Origin: an uncultured delta proteobacterium
GTDB lineage: Bacteria > Myxococcota > Myxococcia > Myxococcales > Myxococcaceae
Reading direction: 5' to 3'
DNA length: 64,000 nucleotides
Assembly: GCA_963796055.1 (NCBI GenBank)
Contig: CAWCKH010000004.1
Span: 1,728,001 to 1,792,000, forward strand
The notes under the pieces are model-generated. The model was not told the DNA's origin and did no database searches. It saw only the letters and a list, made by a program, of their open reading frames with translations. Position 1 is the stretch's first letter; every line of letters begins with the position of its first letter. The position numbers were made by a program, and so were the translations under genes. This document shows positions 30,240-38,100 of this stretch, one piece after another.

Positions 30240-31121
30240 ATGGCGATTCCCGGTCTCGAGGTCATCCAGTCGTCCGCGTCGCTCCGGGGCACCGGCTCCG
30301 GGCTGCGGACCATGCCCAACGTCGCCAAGCTCATCGACACCTCGACCTGCATCGGCTGCAAGGCCTGCGAGGTGGCCTGCCAGGAGTGGAACGACCTGCC
30401 GAACGCGAAGACGGTGCAGGACGGCAGCTACCAGACCCTCCCCGGCCTGCAGGCCGACTTCTGGAACCTCATCAAGTTCCACGAGGTGGAGGTGGACGGC
30501 AGCTTCGCCTGGCTGATGCGCAAGGATCAGTGCATGCACTGCGGGGATCCGGGCTGCCTCAAGGCGTGCCCCGCGCCGGGTGCCATCGTCCAGTACTCCA
30601 ACGGCATCGTCGACGTGAACCCCGATCAGTGCATCGGGTGCCGCCTCTGCGAGACCGGCTGTCCGTTCGACGTCCCGCGCTTCTCGGAGAAGACCGGGAA
30701 GATGTCCAAGTGCACGCTCTGCGTGGACCGGACCACGGTCGGCCTCGAGCCGGCCTGCGTGAAGGCCTGCCCCACGGGGTGCCTGCACTTCGGAACGAAG
30801 GCGGACATGCTCTCGCTGGGCAACGAGCGGGTGAAGCAGCTCAAGACCGACGGCTACGCCAGCGCCGGGCTGTACGATCCCCCCGGGGTCGGTGGGACCG
30901 GAGTCCTCACCGTGCTGAAGCACGCCGACAAGCCCGAGATCTACGGGCTGCCGCGCGACCCGACCGTGCCCAAGTCGGTCCGGTTCGTGAAGAGCTACCT
31001 GCGGCCGCTCGGACTGCTGGGCCTCGGTGCGGTGGTGGTGGGCCTCGTCGGTCACTACCTCAAGTTCGGACCCCGGGAGCCACCCAAGGGCCCGCCGTCA
31101 ACCCCTCCCCCCACGGCCTGA
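30240..31121 (+). CDS. fdnH: Formate dehydrogenase Fe-S beta subunit
   Basis: CIGCKACEVAC, CMHCGDPGC, CIGCRLC, KCTLC; C-terminal TM. Confidence 0.93.
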   Translation: MAIPGLEVIQSSASLRGTGSGLRTMPNVAKLIDTSTCIGCKACEVACQEWNDLPNAKTVQDGSYQTLPGLQADFWNLIKFHEVEVDGSFAWLMRKDQCMHCGDPGCLKACPAPGAIVQYSNGIVDVNPDQCIGCRLCETGCPFDVPRFSEKTGKMSKCTLCVDRTTVGLEPACVKACPTGCLHFGTKADMLSLGNERVKQLKTDGYASAGLYDPPGVGGTGVLTVLKHADKPEIYGLPRDPTVPKSVRFVKSYLRPLGLLGLGAVVVGLVGHYLKFGPREPPKGPPSTPPPTA

Positions 31122-31140
31122 AAGAGCGAGGAGACACGTC

Positions 31141-31839
31141 ATGTCCGAGCCTCTCCGCGCCGTCCCTGCCCGCTCCAGCGCCGATCCAGGCATCCTCCTC
31201 GCCCAGGCCCAGGAGGACCTGGTCGTCGGCGACGAGCTGGTCCGCTTCCGCTACTACACCCGGGCCGTGCACTGGGGCGTGGCGCTGACCTTCTTCGTCT
31301 GCCTCTTCACCGGGCTGCCCATCTGGACGCCAATCTTCGGCTGGCTCGCGCCGCTGTTCGGCGGGCTGCAAGTCTGCCGCTGGCTGCACCCCTGGACCGG
31401 CATCGCCTTCGCCGTCTTCGCCCTGCTCCAGTTCGTCCACTGGGCGGGTGCGATGCGGATGACCCCCGCCGACAAGCGTTTCACCTCGAACATCCTTGCC
31501 TACCTGCGCTGGGAAACGCACGATGAGGAGACCGGCAAGTTCAACGGCGGGCAGAAGCTGCTGTTCTGGCTGAGCAGCCTGGCCGCGCTCGCGCTCCTCG
31601 CCACCGGGGTGGTGCTCTGGTGGCCGGAGTACTTCGGCAGCACGATGCGCGAGGCATCGTGGGTGCTGCACGACGTGACCTTCATTGCCTTCACGCTCTT
31701 GATCATCGGCCACATCTACCTGGCCATCGCCGAGCCGGGGACCTTCTCCGCCATGGTGAAGGGGACGGTGACCAAGGCCTGGGCACGCCTGCACCACCCG
31801 GCGTGGTACCGCGAAGTGACCGGTGACAAGCGGCGCTGA
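31141..31839 (+). CDS. fdnI: Formate dehydrogenase cytochrome b gamma subunit
   Basis: RAVHW, LHPWTG, GKFNGGQK, LHD..GHIY, WARLHHPAW. Confidence 0.92.
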   Translation: MSEPLRAVPARSSADPGILLAQAQEDLVVGDELVRFRYYTRAVHWGVALTFFVCLFTGLPIWTPIFGWLAPLFGGLQVCRWLHPWTGIAFAVFALLQFVHWAGAMRMTPADKRFTSNILAYLRWETHDEETGKFNGGQKLLFWLSSLAALALLATGVVLWWPEYFGSTMREASWVLHDVTFIAFTLLIIGHIYLAIAEPGTFSAMVKGTVTKAWARLHHPAWYREVTGDKRR

Positions 31840-32635
31840 GCGGTTGACTGCGCGGTTCGAGCAGCGGGCCGGGCGCGCCGAGGCGCTGGCGGAGGCGCCG
31901 TCGTCCGGGCGCGAGCCGCTGCGCTTCGCCGCCGGGTTGTTCCGGGCGCAGGGACGGGCCGCGGCAGGGGTCCTCGAGGTGCACGCTCGCACGCCGCTGA
32001 GCGGCACGCTGGAACAGGACCTGCCTCGGGTGGAGGCCCCGCTGCGCTCGGTGCTCCGGTTCCTCGCCGAGTCGGGGCCGGTCGCGGTCCGGGAGTCGGC
32101 GTCGGCCCGGGCGGCCGAGCCGATCGACCTGTTCTCCGCCAGGCTCCGCACCGCCTGGACCGGCGGCCCCGAGGAGCGACAGGACTTCCTCTCCCATGCC
32201 GTGCTCCGGGGCTACGCCGAGGGACTGGTCCACACCGGGGTGACCCTGGATCGCCCGCGCGAGCCGGGCAGCGGTCGGTGTCCGGCGTGCGGCGCGCTTC
32301 CCAGCATCTCCTTCCGGCGGGAGATGCCCGGCTCGGATGGCGCGGCCCGCTTCCTCGGCTGCGGGCTCTGCGGGACCGAGTGGCAGACCAACCGCATCCG
32401 GTGCCCGAGCTGCGGGGAGACGGACCCCGAGCGGCTTCCCGGCTGGCAGAGCGAGACCCACCCCGCGGCGCGGGTGGAGGCCTGCGAGACCTGTCACCGG
32501 TACGTGAAGTCGGTGGACCTCAGCGTCGACGCGCGCGCCATCCCGGAGGTGGACGAGCTCCGCTCGCTCTCGCTGGACCTGTGGGCCATCGAGCGCGGCT
32601 ACGTGCGGCTCGAGCCGGGTCTCGCAGGGGTGTAG
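31823..32635 (+). CDS. fdhE: Formate dehydrogenase accessory protein
   Basis: CPACG, CGLCGTEW, CPSCG, CETCHRYVK, DEL.SL.LD. Confidence 0.9.
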   Translation: MTSGAERLTARFEQRAGRAEALAEAPSSGREPLRFAAGLFRAQGRAAAGVLEVHARTPLSGTLEQDLPRVEAPLRSVLRFLAESGPVAVRESASARAAEPIDLFSARLRTAWTGGPEERQDFLSHAVLRGYAEGLVHTGVTLDRPREPGSGRCPACGALPSISFRREMPGSDGAARFLGCGLCGTEWQTNRIRCPSCGETDPERLPGWQSETHPAARVEACETCHRYVKSVDLSVDARAIPEVDELRSLSLDLWAIERGYVRLEPGLAGV

Positions 32636-32654
32636 GCGAGGCTGGAGCTCCGGC

Positions 32655-32957
32655 TCAGCCCAGCTGCGGCAGCTCCGGGGTGTCCGCCTCGGGCGGCGGG
32701 AGCAGCTCGGTCCACGCCCCGGACATCGCCTCCTGGGTCCAGCCCAGGAACCAGCCTTCGCCGCGGAAGAGCGTCCCGCCCGACGTCTCCACCCGGACCA
32801 GCGTCCCGGCGCCCTCGGGGGCGGAGACGGCCATGCGCCAGGCCGAGAGCGTGACCGAGCTCTCGCGGAGGCGGATGGCCACGCGCTCCAGCGGCCGCAC
32901 CGTGGGCTGGGTGAGTCCGGCGGTGGGCTGCGGGGGCGTCGCGGTCACGTCGGGCAA
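32655..32957 (-). CDS. Hypothetical protein
   Basis: 100-aa ORF filling the gap, coding-like composition. Confidence 0.55.
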   Translation of the reverse strand: MPDVTATPPQPTAGLTQPTVRPLERVAIRLRESSVTLSAWRMAVSAPEGAGTLVRVETSGGTLFRGEGWFLGWTQEAMSGAWTELLPPPEADTPELPQLG

Positions 32958-33050
32958 GGTAGCACCCCTGAGCCTGCCGGCAACCCGTGGCTAGGTCGGT
33001 TGCGGTGCGAGCCGGGCGCACGTTCCACCCTCGCGCCCCGGGGTGACAGC

Positions 33051-34079
33051 ATGCCGGGCGCCGTGGACGCGCGCCGACACGCAGGGGCACTGGCCCTGAT
33101 CGCCCTGGCCTGCGGGACGGGAACCATCACTGCTCCTGGCGGCACGGGGGGGCCTCCTCCGGGCCCCGCCAACCACCCGCCGGAGATCTCGGTGGCCCCC
33201 GCCCCCACCATCACCCCCATCGTCGAGGGCGGCACGACCTTGCTCTCGGTCACCGCGGACGATCCGGACGGCGACTCGCTGGGCTACGCCTGGACCCAGA
33301 CCTCACCCACCACACCGGCGGGGACCTTCAGCGTGCGGACGGTGCGCAACCCCACCTGGACTGCGCCGGCGGTCGCCGCGGACACGGTGTTCACCTTCGA
33401 GGTCACCATCACCGACGGCCAGGGCGGCTCGGTCACCCAGTCGTGCCAGATCACGGTGACCCACACCACCGTGAACCGGCCGCCGTCGGTCTCTGCGACC
33501 ATCGCCGTCTCGCCCGCGATGCCAGTGGCCGGGGAGGTGGTGACCCTCTCCATCACCGCCAGTGACCCGGATGCGGATCCGCTCACCATCACCTGGGTCC
33601 AGCTCTCGCCCGCGCAGCAGGGCACGTTCGGCAGCCCCACTCAGCCCTCCACCACCTGGGTCTCCCCGGCGCTCGGGGTGGACTCGCTGGGCTTCAGCCT
33701 CCAGGTGACCGTGGCCGACGGGCACAATCCGCCCGAGCAGCGTCAGGTCACCCTCACCGTGAGCACGCCCTCGTACGCCGGCGACGTCCAGCCGATCTGG
33801 ACCGCGCAATGCGTGAGCTGCCACGACGCCACCCAGCCCGACGGGCAGCTGCCCCTGGTGTCCGGAGCGAGCCGCGCGGCGCTGGTCGACCAGCCGATGG
33901 ACGGAGCCTGCATCGACGCCACCCGCGTCGTTCCGGGCGACCCTGCCGGTTCGGGGCTCATGGATCGGCTCACGGGGACGAGCTGCGGCACCCGGATGCC
34001 CGAGGGGGGCAACCCTCTGTCGGCAGGCGAGCTGGTGATGATCCAGTCGTGGATCCTCCGGGGCGCCCTCGACAACTGA
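33051..34079 (+). CDS. Lipoprotein with two Ig/PKD-like repeats and C-terminal c-type cytochrome
   Basis: Lipobox ALAC; NHPP..ADDPDGD and NRPP..ASDPDAD repeats; CVSCH...RMP...IQSWI. Confidence 0.78.
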   Translation: MPGAVDARRHAGALALIALACGTGTITAPGGTGGPPPGPANHPPEISVAPAPTITPIVEGGTTLLSVTADDPDGDSLGYAWTQTSPTTPAGTFSVRTVRNPTWTAPAVAADTVFTFEVTITDGQGGSVTQSCQITVTHTTVNRPPSVSATIAVSPAMPVAGEVVTLSITASDPDADPLTITWVQLSPAQQGTFGSPTQPSTTWVSPALGVDSLGFSLQVTVADGHNPPEQRQVTLTVSTPSYAGDVQPIWTAQCVSCHDATQPDGQLPLVSGASRAALVDQPMDGACIDATRVVPGDPAGSGLMDRLTGTSCGTRMPEGGNPLSAGELVMIQSWILRGALDN

Positions 34080-34484
34080 TCAGGCCGGGCGCACCACCTC
34101 CCCAGCGGTGAAGAGTGCGCGGGCGAGCGCCTCCGCCTCCTCGGGGTGACGCGGCCGCCGGACGGCGCCCACCACGAACGGGGCACGCCGAACCGCCTCG
34201 GGAATGGGCTGTCCCGAGGTCATCACCACCACCCGGACGCCGGGCGGTGGCGGATTGCGTCGCAAAGTGAGCACCAGCTTCAGCCCGTGGCTCACCGCCC
34301 CGGAGAGGTCCACCAGCACCAGCACCTCGCCGAGGATGGCGGGGAGGATGCTCAGCGCGGCCTCGGCGTTGCCGGCGAGGAAGGGCTCCCAGCCGTGCTC
34401 CAGCGCGGCGACGGCGAGGGCGTTGCCCAGGTCGAAGCTCGCCTCGACCACCAGGAGCGTCCGCCTCTCCTCCGTCGCCTCCAT
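34080..34484 (-). CDS. Atypical receiver-domain protein
   Basis: LLVVE..VLVDL..HGL..VVVMTS..RRP receiver-like pattern. Confidence 0.6.
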   Translation of the reverse strand: MEATEERRTLLVVEASFDLGNALAVAALEHGWEPFLAGNAEAALSILPAILGEVLVLVDLSGAVSHGLKLVLTLRRNPPPPGVRVVVMTSGQPIPEAVRRAPFVVGAVRRPRHPEEAEALARALFTAGEVVRPA

Positions 34485-34589
34485 GGCAGCGAGCTTAGGC
34501 TGTGATTGGATTTCTGTGACAAGAGTGAACGTGCGTCACGGGGCGGCGTCGCCCCAGGGCGTTTCAGACGCACCTCGGAGTCATCTCTC

Positions 34590-35528
34590 TCACCTCTCGC
34601 CGGTCTGGGTCTTCGGTTCGGGAAAGGCGCCGAGCGTCTTCACCAGCCAGTCGCGGACGAGCACCACCCGCTTCGGGACGTGCTTCGAGGCCGGCCAGAC
34701 GATGTGCAAGGGCGCCGAGGGACCGGTGTAGGCCGAGAGGAGACGTACCAGCCGCCCCTGGGAGACGTCCTGCTCGCAGTTCAGCGCGGGCAGAAGGCCG
34801 ATGCCCGCTCCCGCCAGCACCGCCTCGTGGAGGAAGGTGAAATCGTCCGCGGCCACCGGTCCGTGCACCGCGACCCGCTTGTTGCCGTCGGGGCCGACGA
34901 GCGTCCACTCGGCCTGTCCCCGGCGCGGGCGGAAGAGCGCGCAGTCGTGCGCGGCGAGCTGCTCGATGCTGGTGGGGGTCCCACGCGCGTCGAGGTAGCC
35001 GGGGCTAGCGAACAGCCACGCCTCGAGCCCCTTCACCTTGCGGGAGATGAGCGAGCTGTCGCGGAGTGGTCCAGCCCGCACCGCCAGGTCCACGCCCTCG
35101 TCCACCAGGTTCACCATCCGCCCGGTGAGGAGGAACTCGAGGGTGATGCCCGGCGTCCGGCGGACGAAGTGGGCGGCGAGGGGGGCGAGCACCTGGGCCC
35201 CGAGGTCCACCGGGGCGGTGATGCGCACCGGTCCCTGCAGCCGCGCGTCGAGCTGGGAGAGGGTCTCGTGTGCCTGCTCCAGCGCCGAGAGAGCCCGCGA
35301 GGCCTCCTCGAAGTACACCCGCCCGGCATCGGTGAGCTGCACCGCCCGCGTCGTGCGCTGCAGCAGCTGCACACCGAAAGACTCCTCGAGCCGCGCCACG
35401 CTCCGGCTCACGCTCGACTTGGGGAGGCCCAGCGCCTCGGCCGCGGCGGTGAAGCTCTGGAGCTCCACCACCCGGAGGAACACCGCGACCCGGTTGAGAT
35501 CGACGTCGGAGGAAGGCGTCCTGGTCAC
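34590..35528 (-). CDS. LysR family transcriptional regulator
   Basis: SFTAAAEALGLPKSSVSRSVARLE, LLQRTTR, EGVDLAVR. Confidence 0.93.
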   Translation of the reverse strand: MTRTPSSDVDLNRVAVFLRVVELQSFTAAAEALGLPKSSVSRSVARLEESFGVQLLQRTTRAVQLTDAGRVYFEEASRALSALEQAHETLSQLDARLQGPVRITAPVDLGAQVLAPLAAHFVRRTPGITLEFLLTGRMVNLVDEGVDLAVRAGPLRDSSLISRKVKGLEAWLFASPGYLDARGTPTSIEQLAAHDCALFRPRRGQAEWTLVGPDGNKRVAVHGPVAADDFTFLHEAVLAGAGIGLLPALNCEQDVSQGRLVRLLSAYTGPSAPLHIVWPASKHVPKRVVLVRDWLVKTLGAFPEPKTQTGER

Positions 35529-35593
35529 ATGGCTCCGGGGCGAGGGCCAGCTTGTTCCCGGGCGGCGACTTCGCGCAAGGTTCGGGAGCAACC

Positions 35594-36262
35594 ATGGCGC
35601 GCACCTTCCTTCCCGAGCCCCTGGAGCAGTATCTCTTCGACGTGCTCTCGCCGCGGACCGACGTGCAGGAGCGGCTCCGTCAGCAGACGCAGGCGCACCC
35701 ACGGGCCTCGATGCAGATCGGCCCCGACCAGGGGCTGCTGCTCGGGCTGCTGGTCCGCCTCCTCGACGCACGGCGGGTGGTGGAGGTCGGCACCTTCACC
35801 GGCTACAGCGCGCTCGCCATGGCCCTGGCCCTGTCTCCGGGGGGGCGCATCGTCTGCTGCGACATCAGCGAGGAGTACACCTCCATCGCCCGGAGGTACT
35901 GGAAGGAGGCCGGGGTGCAGGACCGCATCGACCTCCGGCTCGGCCCGGCGGTGGAGACCCTGGCCGGGCTGCTCGCGGCCGAGGGGCCCGGGAGCCAGGA
36001 CCTGGCCTTCATCGACGCCGACAAGCCTCGGTACGACGCCTACTACGAGGCGTGCCTCCAGCTGGTCCGCCCCGGCGGGCTCATCGCCATCGACAACGTG
36101 CTCTGGTCGGGGAGGGTGGCGGACCCCGCGGTCATCGACGCCGATACCACCGCCATCCGGGCGCTGAACCTCAAGATCCGCGACGACGCACGGGTGGACG
36201 CGGTGGTCCTCTCGGTGGGGGACGGGCTCACCCTCGCGCGCCGGAAGCGGTCTCCGCACTGA
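35594..36262 (+). CDS. SAM-dependent O-methyltransferase (caffeoyl-CoA OMT-like)
   Basis: EVGTFTGYSAL, FIDADK, DNVLWSG, GDGLTL. Confidence 0.92.
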   Translation: MARTFLPEPLEQYLFDVLSPRTDVQERLRQQTQAHPRASMQIGPDQGLLLGLLVRLLDARRVVEVGTFTGYSALAMALALSPGGRIVCCDISEEYTSIARRYWKEAGVQDRIDLRLGPAVETLAGLLAAEGPGSQDLAFIDADKPRYDAYYEACLQLVRPGGLIAIDNVLWSGRVADPAVIDADTTAIRALNLKIRDDARVDAVVLSVGDGLTLARRKRSPH

Positions 36263-36293
36263 GCAGTGGCGACCGTGCGCCCGTCGCGGCGCT

Positions 36294-36436
36294 GGGGCCG
36301 TGCTGCTGGTGGCGGACCTGGCGCGGGAGTACGGCTTCACCGACGTGGACGGTCGGATCCGGGTTGGTCGAAGGATCGCGCCGCAATGGCGGCAGAGATC
36401 AAGGAGCGCCGGAGGGAGCTTGGCTCGGGTCAAGTG
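36294..36436 (+). pseudogene. Remnant resembling the C-terminus of an SDR oxidoreductase (DHRS1-like)
   Basis: GAVLLVADLAREYGFTDVDGR; no start or N-terminal Rossmann fold. Confidence 0.55.
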
Positions 36437-36508
36437 ACCGGAGGCGCGACGCTGAGGTCGGCCGCCAGGGCAAGCGAGGAACGATCAACCCCGGATGGTT
36501 TCGGCTAT

Positions 36509-36790
36509 TCAGGCCCGCGGCCGCTGGACCCAGCGGTGCACCAGCTGCTCCAGCAGCTCGGCCCGGCTCAGTCCCGCGCGCCGCAGCTTGCGGTCCATGG
36601 CCGAGATGAGGTCGGCCGGGAGCCGGACCGCGAGCACCGGCTTCTCGCCATTGCCCCGGGGGCGGATGGGCCGGGTAGGCGTCCGGCCCCGGAGCAGCTG
36701 GCGGTAGTGGCTGGCGCAAAATCCGCGGCTGTGGACCGGACGCCCGCACTGGGGGACCTGACATCTGCTTCGCTGTCCTGAACTGGGCAT
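36509..36790 (-). CDS. Small protein with Cys/His zinc-finger-like motif and ribbon-helix-helix domain
   Basis: CQVPQC..RGFCASHY, then LAVRLPADL....GLSRAELLEQLV. Confidence 0.7.
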   Translation of the reverse strand: MPSSGQRSRCQVPQCGRPVHSRGFCASHYRQLLRGRTPTRPIRPRGNGEKPVLAVRLPADLISAMDRKLRRAGLSRAELLEQLVHRWVQRPRA

Positions 36791-36942
36791 CGCGCAGAAC
36801 TGTGTTTGCAGATGTCACGCCAGTGGCGGAACCACCGGAATCCGGGCCTTTCTCCTCTGGCCCGGATGGGTCGCCGCCGACCTTCCGCCGATGCTGCGTG
36901 CACGGCGACCCACTCACCCGTGCGCACAGCCGTCAACACTTG

Positions 36943-37611
36943 TCACAGCAGGAACGCAAAACGGAGCCCGACGTCGATCCAGACGTGCACCGACTTGCTC
37001 AGGATGTCGCTGGCTCCGCTGACGTCGGTCCCCTGCGAGTTGATGAGCCCCAGGCTCCCGCTGTCGTACTGCGCCACCCGGCTCTGCACGAAGGGGCCCA
37101 GCCGGAAGCTCTTGCCGAGCAGGAAGTCGATGCCCAGCTGGAGATTGACCCACTCGAACCCGCGGGCGCTGCCGTAGAGCGTTCCCCCGGTCCCGCTGAT
37201 GCTGAGGTTGAGCCACTCGTAACCCACGCCCAGGCCCAGCCACGGGTCCACCGCCCGGTCCGGGCCGAGGTGCCAGAGCACCTCGAAGCCCACCCGGACG
37301 TTGCTGGCCGATCGTCCGGTGCCGCCCTCGAGCGCGCTACCGGTCTTGGCGAAGGCGTAGGAGGCGTAGCCGCCCACGAACGCCGGACCGATGCGTGCCC
37401 CCAGCTCGAGCTGCAGCGGGACGGACCAGGAGACGAGATCTGCCAGGCTGAGCCCCGACGGTGAGCGCGTCGTCTCGCCCACCGCGTTTCCGATGGGAAT
37501 CCCCACCCCGGCGCGCACCGCGGCCTCGAAGCGGGTGGGGAGCTCCTCCGCGCCCGCCGGGGCGGCAAGCCACGGCAAGAGTAGGAGCGCCCCGGCAAGG
37601 CCGTTCCTCAT
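36943..37611 (-). CDS. Outer-membrane beta-barrel protein
   Basis: Signal peptide AGA; DPWLGLGVGYEW; terminal GLRFAFLL. Confidence 0.75.
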   Translation of the reverse strand: MRNGLAGALLLLPWLAAPAGAEELPTRFEAAVRAGVGIPIGNAVGETTRSPSGLSLADLVSWSVPLQLELGARIGPAFVGGYASYAFAKTGSALEGGTGRSASNVRVGFEVLWHLGPDRAVDPWLGLGVGYEWLNLSISGTGGTLYGSARGFEWVNLQLGIDFLLGKSFRLGPFVQSRVAQYDSGSLGLINSQGTDVSGASDILSKSVHVWIDVGLRFAFLL

Positions 37612-37718
37612 CGAAATGCTCATCCCCTCCGGCCAGGGGGCGACAGCCGGACCTGTCGCCCCTCGGGTCTCCTGGCCTCCGCCGACGACTCTAGCCGGAG
37701 TCGGTCCGGCGGCGAGGG

Positions 37719-38092
37719 TCAGAGCGAGGCGCCCTCGCTGCTCTTCCCGTACTTGACACTGCAGCCGTACGGCTCGCTGGTGCTCGGCGACACCGACTGC
37801 CCGGCGAGCAGCGCGCTCACCGCCTTCTCCACGAAGTTGGTGCGGTGCTCCGGCCGCGCGGGTCGTCGTCGATGCCGCCGGCGTAGCGGAGCACGCCCTT
37901 CTCGTCGATGACGAACATGTGCGGGGTGGTCTTCGCCCCGTAGGCCCGGCCCACATCGCCGCCCGGGGCGTGCGAGGTCCCGACCTCGTCCCGGAGGGTG
38001 AAGGGGGGCGCCGGCTGTCCCACGTCTGCTCCCAGAGCGGGGATGGCGAGCGACAGGGAGGCACAGACCAGCAGCGGACGGACGAGCGACAT
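37719..38092 (-). pseudogene. Redoxin/AhpC-TSA thioredoxin-family gene with internal deletion and frameshift
   Basis: VGQPAPPFTL joined directly to VGRAYGAKTTPHMFVID; tail NFVEKAVSALLAG..PYGCSVKY lies in another frame. Confidence 0.7.
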
Positions 38093-38100
38093 GGGGGTGT

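Noticed and set aside
34500..34540. TGTGA/TCAC motifs as a CRP/FNR-type site
   Set aside because: Half-site spacing does not match the TGTGA-N6-TCACA consensus
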